From: a virus
Virus record (IMG/VR): IMGVR_UViG_3300033146_004128
Span: 96,001 to 160,000 of that record
DNA length: 64,000 bases
Strand: one strand, 5' to 3'
Shown here: positions 50,270-58,018 of the stretch, piece after piece
Numbering within the stretch: position 1 is the first letter of the stretch
Layout of the letters: every line of letters starts with the position of its first letter
Translations under genes and position numbers: made by a program
The notes under the pieces: generated by a model
Told to the model about the DNA's origin: nothing
Database searches by the model: none
The model's input: only the letters and a program-made list of their open reading frames with translations

Positions 50270-51442
50270 CTATGGGCGTAATGTCATGTTTTGATATTTG
50301 TTCATTGCAGGACCTACTTCAAGTGCCGTTGCTCCAGCTACTCCAAGAGTACCAACAGCACCTAATGTAGACCCACCATTTACGAAGCCTTTTGCTCCAC
50401 CGCTTACAATATTCAAAGGGTTTCCAGTTAGAGCCCCTTTTATACTTCCTGAGGCTGCACCAAATACTCTTCCCGGTAATTTTGCTGTCCCCATTATAAC
50501 ACTAGAACCCTTATTCCATCCATGGGCTGCACCAGATAATGGATTTTTTCCTGTAAGTAAGCTCTTTGTTCCTTGTATTGCGGCACCACCTATTTTTCCG
50601 GGAAGCTTGGTGGCCTTATACCCAAGCTTCCCTAGTTTAAAACCCGTCCTTGCAATCCCTCCGAGGAGGCTAGTTAGAAATGCTATCTTTTCAAGGTCGT
50701 CATATGATGATGCTTCTTTAACAAGAGTCTTTGCTTCCTGGATGTCTCCCAGGGTAACAATTATTCGTTCTGCTGCTTCTGTACGTATAGCGTCCATGTC
50801 GACAGATGCTACCTTTAGCAGGGTTGTCTCTGCATCATTTGAGACAGCTACCATCTCAGGTATTATACTTCCCATCCCATTGTCTATAACCATTCCGATT
50901 ATTGATCTAAGCTCGGATGCGTCATTTGCTATCTTTGTGAGATCTTCTATCTCTGCACCAAACATATCATTGAGCATGGCAATAGCTCTAACCTTATCGG
51001 TCTTGAACGACTCCTCTTCTCTGTCTGCTTTCTTGTCAAGCTCTGAGTCTATGATATGCTCTGCAACTTTTCTAAATGTAGATTCTGATCCACCATTTGA
51101 TGATCTGGCACTTATCGGTCTGTGAGCTCCTATTACGAACATCGAATCATCTACCATTGCTATCTTGTCTATAGTCTTTGTATTATCAGATGCTGTCTTC
51201 TCTACAGTTGGGTCTTCTACCGACCTAGTCACATGAGAGTCTTTTATCTCTGGCTCAAGAACATTAAAGTCGATATTTCCGTCAGTATCTCTTCCTTCTA
51301 GCCTACTTAAAAAGAATTGCTTATTGACTTCCCTAGCGAGTGTCGTCTTGTGCACATCATCTAAAGAGGATGCTTCCTTGGCAAACTCCCCATACGGATC
51401 CTCCGCTGATGCTATCTGAATAGCTAGTGTTTTATAGTCCAT
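50270..51442 (-). CDS. Head-associated precursor: acidic K-x-A-rich N-region plus a 136-aa cationic Gly-rich C-terminal segment
   Basis: Start refined to ATG 51442 (AAGGA RBS). Nine hydrophobic-x-K-x-A motifs, the last (LEKIA) followed by FLTSLLGGIARTGFKLGKLG... Confidence 0.7.
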   Translation of the reverse strand: MDYKTLAIQIASAEDPYGEFAKEASSLDDVHKTTLAREVNKQFFLSRLEGRDTDGNIDFNVLEPEIKDSHVTRSVEDPTVEKTASDNTKTIDKIAMVDDSMFVIGAHRPISARSSNGGSESTFRKVAEHIIDSELDKKADREEESFKTDKVRAIAMLNDMFGAEIEDLTKIANDASELRSIIGMVIDNGMGSIIPEMVAVSNDAETTLLKVASVDMDAIRTEAAERIIVTLGDIQEAKTLVKEASSYDDLEKIAFLTSLLGGIARTGFKLGKLGYKATKLPGKIGGAAIQGTKSLLTGKNPLSGAAHGWNKGSSVIMGTAKLPGRVFGAASGSIKGALTGNPLNIVSGGAKGFVNGGSTLGAVGTLGVAGATALEVGPAMNKYQNMTLRP

Positions 51443-51473
51443 TTTATATTCCTTGTTTTTTATGGCCCTCAGT

Positions 51474-51494
51474 CCTCCCATCCAAGATGAGAGG
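51474..51494 (-). other. Intergenic GC-rich stem-loop
   Basis: Minus strand CCTCTCATC-TTG-GATGGGAGG (9 bp, one G-U); followed by an A-tract, not a U-tract. Confidence 0.55.
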
Positions 51495-51501
51495 GTCAGG
51501 G

Positions 51502-51762
51502 TCAATAGTCCTTAGGGACCAATGGCTCTGATTCGTCCATTTTTTGCTTGCCGATATAAGCACCACCAGCACCTACGGCTGCAGTACCTCTAACGAAAGC
51601 TCGTTGGTCTTTAGCAGCTTTTACGCTCTTCTTACCAACCTTTATATCATTTGCATTTCCCGACTTCTTGGCAGCTTTGAGTGCCTTCTTTGCCTTCTTC
51701 ACATTTTTACCTGTGAAAGACTTTGTAGCAAATCCAAGAATGCTAGCTTCTTTGTTTAACAT
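51502..51762 (-). CDS. Small cationic protein (86 aa) with an N-terminal LNKEA motif
   Basis: AAAGGAG RBS; 15 K and 2 R... counted as 17 K + 2 R versus 6 D/E after the KEA motif; C-proximal GTAAVGAGGAYIG hydrophobic stretch. Confidence 0.75.
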   Translation of the reverse strand: MLNKEASILGFATKSFTGKNVKKAKKALKAAKKSGNANDIKVGKKSVKAAKDQRAFVRGTAAVGAGGAYIGKQKMDESEPLVPKDY

Positions 51763-51786
51763 GACTGCTCCTTTGTGCAGAGGGGA

Positions 51787-53241
51787 TTACCCTCTACCTT
51801 GGAATGAAGCCATCCCGGCTGCACCAGCGCCAGCAAGACCAAGTCCACCTGCAACTGTTGCTGCTCTAGATACATTTCTGCTCTTCTTGGCAGACTGTAG
51901 TTTGCCCTTAGCTTTGCTTACAGCTTTCTTCTTACCGAAGATTTTCTTAGATGCTTTTGCAACACCTTTTTCTGCTTCAGCTACGCCTTTTCCGCTAACG
52001 TTCTTAGCATATGTCTTAGCTCCAGACTTTACTGCTTCTTTTGCTTTACCGAATGCTTTTTTTGCCGTATCTATCTTTCCTGCTTCTTTCTCTACTTCCA
52101 ACATTAGGTCTGTAAGAGATGCACCCTCGATATCTGAAAGATACTCAAACGCTTCAGCAATTTTGTCAATAGACTCTTCGTCAAGACCATCAAACTCAGA
52201 TGCAACTTTATCTTGTGCTTCCTCATCTTCGGCAGATGCAAAGTTCTCAGCAAATTCGATTGCATTAACTGCATCCAATCCTGCTTCATCTAGGAAGTCA
52301 TATGCTTCCGCAACTTTGTCCCATACTTCGTCTGTAGCAGATACTTCTTCTGAAGCCTGTTTATTAAGAGCTGCTGCTGTTCCGCCTACTGCTAGTGTAC
52401 CACCGGCAATACCTGCTCCAATACGAGCATTCTTTGTATCTTTCTTAGCTTGTGCTACTGCTTCAAGTTTCTTCTTTTTACCAAAGAACCCTTTTTTAGC
52501 ATTTGCTTCTGCTGCGCTTAGGTTTTTACCGGTAACATCTCCATACAATTTTTTAACTGCACCTTTTGCTTTTCCGAAACCTTCTCCGACAGCTTTCTTT
52601 GCAGCTTCCATCTTGCCTGCTTCTTTGTCAAACTCTGCCATAAGGCTTGTTAATGACTGACCTTCAATATCAGAAAGGTATTCAAAGGCTTCAGCAATCT
52701 TATCGATTGACTCTTCATCAAGTCCGTCAAAGTCAGATGCTACTTTATCTTGAGCATCTTCGTCTTCTGCGCTTGAGTACTCTTCTGCAAACTCCATAGA
52801 TGTAACAGGATCTAAACCAGACTCACTAAGGTACTCGTGTGCTTCTGCAACTTTTTCCCATACTTCGTCTGTAGCAGATATGCCCATTGCTTCTTCAGCT
52901 TCTTCAGCTTGCTTGTCAAGTAGTCCAGAGATGATCTGTAGATCAAGTTCTTCAAGTCCAGCCTCTTTCACCATTTCAAGTGCATCCGCTTCTGTGAAGT
53001 CTTCTTCTCCGTAGTATCTCTCATATGCAGATACTGCCTCCAGGAAAGCACTAGGCTCCTGATCTTCAGCTACCTTGATAAGATTTTCCTGAGTATAAAC
53101 ATTTCCATATACGAGGTTATGCATAACTCTAGCGTCATTTTCCGATACTCCATCTGCCTCAGCCATCTTAATTAGGCCATCTACGTTGTCGCTACCTTCG
53201 ATTACACCGAGATAGTTGATTGTTAGTTCTGATAATGTCAT
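51787..53241 (-). CDS. Polyprotein-like virion protein: acidic K-x-A spacers alternating with cationic amphipathic segments (484 aa)
   Basis: AAAGGA RBS and its own promoter; two 179-aa repeat units; all 12 lysines in the acidic parts sit in K-x-A. Confidence 0.75.
   Translation of the reverse strand: MTLSELTINYLGVIEGSDNVDGLIKMAEADGVSENDARVMHNLVYGNVYTQENLIKVAEDQEPSAFLEAVSAYERYYGEEDFTEADALEMVKEAGLEELDLQIISGLLDKQAEEAEEAMGISATDEVWEKVAEAHEYLSESGLDPVTSMEFAEEYSSAEDEDAQDKVASDFDGLDEESIDKIAEAFEYLSDIEGQSLTSLMAEFDKEAGKMEAAKKAVGEGFGKAKGAVKKLYGDVTGKNLSAAEANAKKGFFGKKKKLEAVAQAKKDTKNARIGAGIAGGTLAVGGTAAALNKQASEEVSATDEVWDKVAEAYDFLDEAGLDAVNAIEFAENFASAEDEEAQDKVASEFDGLDEESIDKIAEAFEYLSDIEGASLTDLMLEVEKEAGKIDTAKKAFGKAKEAVKSGAKTYAKNVSGKGVAEAEKGVAKASKKIFGKKKAVSKAKGKLQSAKKSRNVSRAATVAGGLGLAGAGAAGMASFQGRG
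51790..52878. repeat. Tandem intragenic duplication, period 537 bp (179 aa)
   Basis: SATDEVW[ED]KVAEA...AQDKVAS[DE]FDGLDEESIDKIAEAFEYLSDIEG...KEAGK occurs at aa 122 and aa 301; DNA cttcgtctgtagcagat is present in both copies. Confidence 0.92.
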
Positions 53242-53285
53242 GACATTATTCCTTTATTTTGGTTTTAGTTTTTGCCCACACTAGT

Positions 53286-53313
53286 ATTATAGCGTAAAGT
53301 TTACAAAAAACAA
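53286..53313 (-). promoter_or_regulatory. sigma70-type promoter for the 484-aa gene cluster
   Basis: Minus strand TTGTTT-16 nt-TATAAT with T-tracts, 44 nt before the ATG. Confidence 0.55.
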
Positions 53314-53326
53314 ATAATGGTAAATA

Positions 53327-53366
53327 GGGGGGGGATTAAGGGAGGGTGCAGGGGATAATCCCCTGC
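53327..53366. other. G-rich element: canonical G-quadruplex motif overlapping a perfect hairpin
   Basis: + strand GGGGGGGG-ATTAA-GGG-A-GGG-TGCA-GGGG (53327-53354); hairpin GCAGGGGA-TAA-TCCCCTGC (53348-53366). Confidence 0.6.
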
Positions 53367-53373
53367 GTGTAGG

Positions 53374-54216
53374 TTACGCTTCTGAAGAAGACTTCAAGTA
53401 TGTGATTCTACAAGTTTTGCCATCATATTCACCAGCCGTTCCCGGCAATAGTGTCCACTCTTTAGCGTTTGTACCAGGAACGATATCAACAACATCCCAA
53501 ACACCACTAGATACTTCTACTTCTGCAGTTCCACCAACAACATCTCCTACAGGAGTGTATGTAGACGAGAACCCGTCTCCAGTAATAGCAAGTCCGCTAT
53601 CAACTTTCATCTCTGTTGATTGTGCTGCTGCATCAACCAATGCTTTCAATGTCTTAACTGATTCTGCAGAGGCAGGAACAGCTGATCCACCAGTAGTCAA
53701 GTCGTCAACAATGTCAGCATACTTAACGAATGGAGTTACGTCAATGTTCTGTGCAAGGATCTGCAATAGAGCCCAACCTGAACCATCAATATAGATATAT
53801 GCCGCTGCAGTACCTTCGTCATCGCCAAGAGAAGAATCTCCTGTTGTGTCGATTACGTATGCAATCAATGAATCGTACGGGTTAGAATAGTTATCTCTCT
53901 CAGAGATATCAGAAACAACAACAGAGTCATCAACTGATGCCACATATGCCTTCAACTTATCTACTGACCACGTTACGGTATTTCCTGTATCTGCAGTATC
54001 ATCAATGATTCCGCTAACAGAACTGCTGATCGCAGAGATTTGAGATGTAAGATCTGTAACAATCTCGTTAACCGCTGCTGTAGATGCAACTGTTGAAACA
54101 CTGTTCGAGTTCTCAACGTCAACCTTAGCCGCCATGATAGCTGCAATGTTAATCTTTCCTGCCAATAATCCTGTAAGACCGTCGATGGATCCTACTCTTC
54201 TTTTTCTTAATGCCAT
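53374..54216 (-). CDS. Probable high-copy fibre/decoration protein (280 aa)
   Basis: AAGGA RBS and a dedicated near-consensus promoter. IVDDLTTGGSAVPASAESVKTLK is a motif typical of phage fibre shafts. ATC/ATT-type codons. Confidence 0.55.
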   Translation of the reverse strand: MALRKRRVGSIDGLTGLLAGKINIAAIMAAKVDVENSNSVSTVASTAAVNEIVTDLTSQISAISSSVSGIIDDTADTGNTVTWSVDKLKAYVASVDDSVVVSDISERDNYSNPYDSLIAYVIDTTGDSSLGDDEGTAAAYIYIDGSGWALLQILAQNIDVTPFVKYADIVDDLTTGGSAVPASAESVKTLKALVDAAAQSTEMKVDSGLAITGDGFSSTYTPVGDVVGGTAEVEVSSGVWDVVDIVPGTNAKEWTLLPGTAGEYDGKTCRITYLKSSSEA

Positions 54217-54252
54217 GTTTAATTCCTTATGGGTATTTTTTTGTACAATGCC

Positions 54253-54281
54253 ATTATATCATAAAAAAAATTCAATGTCAG
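54253..54281 (-). promoter_or_regulatory. Strong sigma70-type promoter
   Basis: Minus strand CTGACA-17 nt-TATAAT with an extended -10 (TGaTATAAT); the -35 box overlaps the upstream TGA stop. Confidence 0.75.
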
Positions 54282-54574
54282 TATGAGAATTTCAGCTTGA
54301 AGTATGCGTTTATCTTTTTTGACTCATCATTGACGAAAAACCTTCCGTATAGTACAGATGGCACTGGAGCCATGGTGTCCGTATCAAAGGAGAACTGTAT
54401 TGTTGTGCCTGTTATTGATACGGGGTTGAACGTATCAATAATGTCTTGCAACCCATCAGGATACTTCTTTGTTCTGAATATCTCTATCTTTGCCTCTGTA
54501 GGGTTATCGGAAAGCCCGTCAACATCCACAAAGAAGTCTACTGTATTCCCGACTGTTATATCAAGTGTTTCCAT
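54278..54574 (-). CDS. Small Ig-like/BppU-N-like protein (98 aa)
   Basis: GAAGGA RBS; LDITVGNTVDFFV...GTTIQFSFDTDT...YGRFFV beta-sandwich pattern. Confidence 0.5.
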   Translation of the reverse strand: METLDITVGNTVDFFVDVDGLSDNPTEAKIEIFRTKKYPDGLQDIIDTFNPVSITGTTIQFSFDTDTMAPVPSVLYGRFFVNDESKKINAYFKLKFSY

Positions 54575-55935
54575 TAAAATATTCCTTCATATGCTTTTTC
54601 TAGTGAAACATAGTTTATTGATGATGTTATCAGTCCTGCATGAGCTGTTACTGTAACGCCTGTTATAAATCCCTGATCACCAATATTTCCTTCTTCAACT
54701 GCAGTCTCAACACCTTCAGATGTTATGATTGCTTTCTGCAATGATATCTCTCCACCGGATATAGTAAGTGGTTCATAAAAACCAATGGCAGTGGCATCAA
54801 CAACTGCTGTTTTAGCACTAGCGCCCATTATCGCTCTTAACCCCATCATTTCCTGCATCTTTGCTATAAGTAGTGTCTTTGCTGCAACTGCTGCTGCTCC
54901 AACATCAACATCCTCTTCTATGTCCTTGATGTCTTTATCAATCATTCTATCTTTTGCTTTTTTTATCTTAAGTAGAGGAACTGTTATTTCATCGTCTCCC
55001 ATCTTAACCGTAGCTGTATCCCCATCGATATTCATCCCCCCTGCGTTAAAGTCTACTGCTTGAAGTAATGGTATGCTCTCCATAGTCATTATGGCATTCA
55101 TTCCAACTGCATTAGATATTCCAGCGCCAGGTAAAGCTCTATGGTTAAGCTTGTTTTTTTCATTTGCTACAGAGTTAAGTATCGAAAAGTTTGAAACACT
55201 ATTATCTCCAATAGCTGATTTTTCTCCGACAGCTCCAGTACTTGTTAAGTTTACTATGGTTTCTTTTTTGATTCTTGTTGTGTCAAAAGATCCACGTATA
55301 GAAACAACAGTTTCCGCTTCAACGCTTATGCCTACTGATTTCATACAAGTTACCTCATCAGTAAGCATAAAACCTTCCTCTTTTTGAATCACTACTATTC
55401 CTAATCCAGCATAGATTGTCTGCATTATGACTGCAGGGGTCAATCGTCTTATTTGCAGCATCTGTGATACTAAATGAGGAGGTGCTCTAAAAAGCTCACC
55501 TATTTGTGTAAATGTCTCCTGTGTCGCTCCTGCCATGGATACCGTTCCTGCTGCCCCAACAGCAGTTAAAAGCTTACTGAAAACATAACCTATGTCTAAA
55601 ACATTAACTGCTATATTTAGCATGTCTGTCTGTGTAAGTACTCCTGATCCCTCCGATGGGCCATCTGGTGTTTTCCCCTTACCTGTCATGTCAACAAGAA
55701 TTACCTTTTGCAGATCAAGAACAAATTGTGGCATATATGTCTCAAGTATAGCTACCCCGGACCCACTAACTGTTTCACTTGAGTTTGCAAGTATCATTCC
55801 CTCAGGTGCAGTGTACTCTGAGTCCGGAGATCTCTCAACAGATACAGAATACCACCCACAAAATCCGTCAAAGTTTGATTGTATTGTTATTGAATATACT
55901 CCAACTCCACCCTCTAATGCATCAGACATAGCCAT
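54574..55935 (-). CDS. Probable baseplate hub (late control D / Mu gpP-like) protein
   Basis: 453 aa; N-terminal YSITIQSNFDGFCGWYSVSV and overall layout resemble hub proteins; low-level recognition only. Confidence 0.35.
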   Translation of the reverse strand: MAMSDALEGGVGVYSITIQSNFDGFCGWYSVSVERSPDSEYTAPEGMILANSSETVSGSGVAILETYMPQFVLDLQKVILVDMTGKGKTPDGPSEGSGVLTQTDMLNIAVNVLDIGYVFSKLLTAVGAAGTVSMAGATQETFTQIGELFRAPPHLVSQMLQIRRLTPAVIMQTIYAGLGIVVIQKEEGFMLTDEVTCMKSVGISVEAETVVSIRGSFDTTRIKKETIVNLTSTGAVGEKSAIGDNSVSNFSILNSVANEKNKLNHRALPGAGISNAVGMNAIMTMESIPLLQAVDFNAGGMNIDGDTATVKMGDDEITVPLLKIKKAKDRMIDKDIKDIEEDVDVGAAAVAAKTLLIAKMQEMMGLRAIMGASAKTAVVDATAIGFYEPLTISGGEISLQKAIITSEGVETAVEEGNIGDQGFITGVTVTAHAGLITSSINYVSLEKAYEGIF

Positions 55936-55936
55936 C

Positions 55937-57328
55937 TTACCAGCTCCTTACTTTACCTGACGTAGTGGCACCTACGCCTATGTCGTGCAGTGCATTTTTT
56001 ACATCTTCTACTGTTGCGCAGTCATTCACTGACGCTAGTAACTGTGGTCTCCTACTGAACTCCGGGGAGCTTGTAAGCTTTAGGAAGCTTGACGATGTTG
56101 ACTGTATTGCCATATATTCAGAGTTATCTATGAATACACCTGGGTTTTCTATGAGAAGTCTAGATGCAACCATATCGTACACAGTTTTTATGGTTGTTGC
56201 CATTCTTCCTCTGGCCATAGAGATGTCTTCCGGGCTTGCTGTGTATCCATGTGGGGATACCGCATACAGCATCAAATATTCTCTCTTTAATGACTCTTGG
56301 TCCACATCGTCTTTGTCTCCATATAGAACACCATGTATATCCCTTATTGAGTATCTGTCTAGCACTGAGTCGTTATTGCCATCTATGGATGGATGAATAA
56401 ATGATGTTGAATACCCAGGCTGACACTCTTTAGGAATAGATACTACATCTGAAACAAAAGATCCCAAGGATGTAAGCACTGTCTCTGCAGAATTGTCAGT
56501 TGCAACATTTTTTAGGTCTGTTCCAACTATATCCATCCTTGATACGCCTAGGTTAGACAAGTCCTTCCTTACTACCGCACTATCTATATTACTCTTAGAT
56601 ATTAGGGACTTCTCAGAGGGAGAACTTCTTAACGTTAGGTCTTTGCCTATTACTAATGTAGTCGGAGATGACGATAGAGTTATTGATCCGTCTTCACCAA
56701 CATCAATAAAGTTTGATAACACCTTCCTGGTGCTGGCTTTTATCATCTTTCTACTTTTTGATGTTCCTGCGATCTTGTAGGCAATAATTCTATTTACGGC
56801 TGACTCTCTATTTATAGTTGAATCAGAAGAGAGTATAAGTTTCCCATACGCTTTACCCTCTTCCTTGGTGGAGTAGTTATTTCTGAAATATAATACACTC
56901 GGAACCTCTCCATCAAGAAAAGTATCCACAGACGGATCATATTCTCTCTGTATGACAGTGACCCCAGACTGTCTCCTTACAAACGTTTCTCCAAGCTTGT
57001 CTATAAGGTTTGTAGAGATCTCCTTAGGAAGCATGGAGTCAATGCCGTAGACATAATTGTCTCCAAAAACCGGACTACCCCCATTTGCTATGTCTAGAGA
57101 TATGCTTCCCTCACTTTTCCATGAGTCTTCTCCTATTACTGTCTTAACCCTACCTATTACAATTTCTGTTATGGATGTGCTATATTTAATAATAGAGGCA
57201 ACAGAATTCGATCTCAACTCTATAGACCCCTGTATTAGATTGTCTATGGATGTTGTTATTCCTCCGACTGATGACTGTATGTAGTCAACTATCGCCTTAT
57301 ACTTGTCAAAATCAAAATTCCTTGCCAT
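55937..57328 (-). CDS. Hypothetical protein (463 aa)
   Basis: AGGAG RBS; S/I/D-rich; no motif recognised. Confidence 0.7.
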   Translation of the reverse strand: MARNFDFDKYKAIVDYIQSSVGGITTSIDNLIQGSIELRSNSVASIIKYSTSITEIVIGRVKTVIGEDSWKSEGSISLDIANGGSPVFGDNYVYGIDSMLPKEISTNLIDKLGETFVRRQSGVTVIQREYDPSVDTFLDGEVPSVLYFRNNYSTKEEGKAYGKLILSSDSTINRESAVNRIIAYKIAGTSKSRKMIKASTRKVLSNFIDVGEDGSITLSSSPTTLVIGKDLTLRSSPSEKSLISKSNIDSAVVRKDLSNLGVSRMDIVGTDLKNVATDNSAETVLTSLGSFVSDVVSIPKECQPGYSTSFIHPSIDGNNDSVLDRYSIRDIHGVLYGDKDDVDQESLKREYLMLYAVSPHGYTASPEDISMARGRMATTIKTVYDMVASRLLIENPGVFIDNSEYMAIQSTSSSFLKLTSSPEFSRRPQLLASVNDCATVEDVKNALHDIGVGATTSGKVRSW

Positions 57329-57340
57329 TACATTCTCCTA

Positions 57341-58018
57341 CTAAACGTTGTTTTTTATATGCTCATCTATGTCAAAATCTTCAAATTCAAGCATTGATTT
57401 GTTCTCATAAATCTTTCTATCAAGAGCAGGGAACGGTAGAGAGTCTTTAAATACTTGAGATGATAGAAGATCGTCAGTTCTCATATTGTATATTGTAGCC
57501 TTTTTTGTACCAGGTCGCAACGTATACCATCTTCCATCTTTGAAGTCGCAAGTGAATATGAAACCTTTTGAGTTTCTCAATATAAGCTTATCTGATGCAG
57601 TTGCTATGATTATCTTAAGGCTTACCTTTCTTGGAAACACCTCAGCATCACGACCTCCACTTTCTTTTATATCATCGTCATATCCACCACGCTCAAACTT
57701 GGCAGCTACCGATGGAAGTTCATACACGTCCCTCATCTCTTCTTTTGCCATAACCTTTCCATGAACAATTTCAAGATCGTATGTTGATATAAACACACCT
57801 ATATTTACAGAGTCTGACTTCTTTGGTGATGTCAGGAAGAATGTTCTCTCATTTTTATCATATTTCAATCCTGCGATGTGCTTTGTCTTATTCTTATACT
57901 TCACTGGTCTTACGTCCATGAAGCCAATAATACTTTTGCCCCTTAGTGCAGATGCTATTCCAGATGCTTTGTCCTTGTAAAATTTAGATACTGCTGCGTT
58001 CAATACTATGTTTGCCAT
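57341..58018 (-). CDS. Hypothetical basic protein (225 aa)
   Basis: AAGGA RBS, TAATG coupling. Confidence 0.7.
   Translation of the reverse strand: MANIVLNAAVSKFYKDKASGIASALRGKSIIGFMDVRPVKYKNKTKHIAGLKYDKNERTFFLTSPKKSDSVNIGVFISTYDLEIVHGKVMAKEEMRDVYELPSVAAKFERGGYDDDIKESGGRDAEVFPRKVSLKIIIATASDKLILRNSKGFIFTCDFKDGRWYTLRPGTKKATIYNMRTDDLLSSQVFKDSLPFPALDRKIYENKSMLEFEDFDIDEHIKNNV

Noticed and set aside
52080-52617. K-x-A occurrences inside the cationic segments (KKAV, KGAV, KEAV) as cleavage sites
   Set aside because: They are expected by chance in K/A-rich sequence and mostly lack the hydrophobic residue two positions before K. They are not counted as sites, but if they were cut the predicted peptides would be shorter.
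51668-52660. 330-aa + strand ORF (and the 275-aa ORF at 50298-51125) antisense to the precursor genes
   Set aside because: These are shadows of A/K/E-rich codons (GCA/AAA/GAA reversed give few stops). They have no RBS, an odd F/S/A/L-rich composition, and lie fully inside well-supported minus-strand genes.
53348-53366. Hairpin as a Rho-independent terminator
   Set aside because: No U-tract follows it on either strand, so it is kept as a structural element rather than called a terminator.
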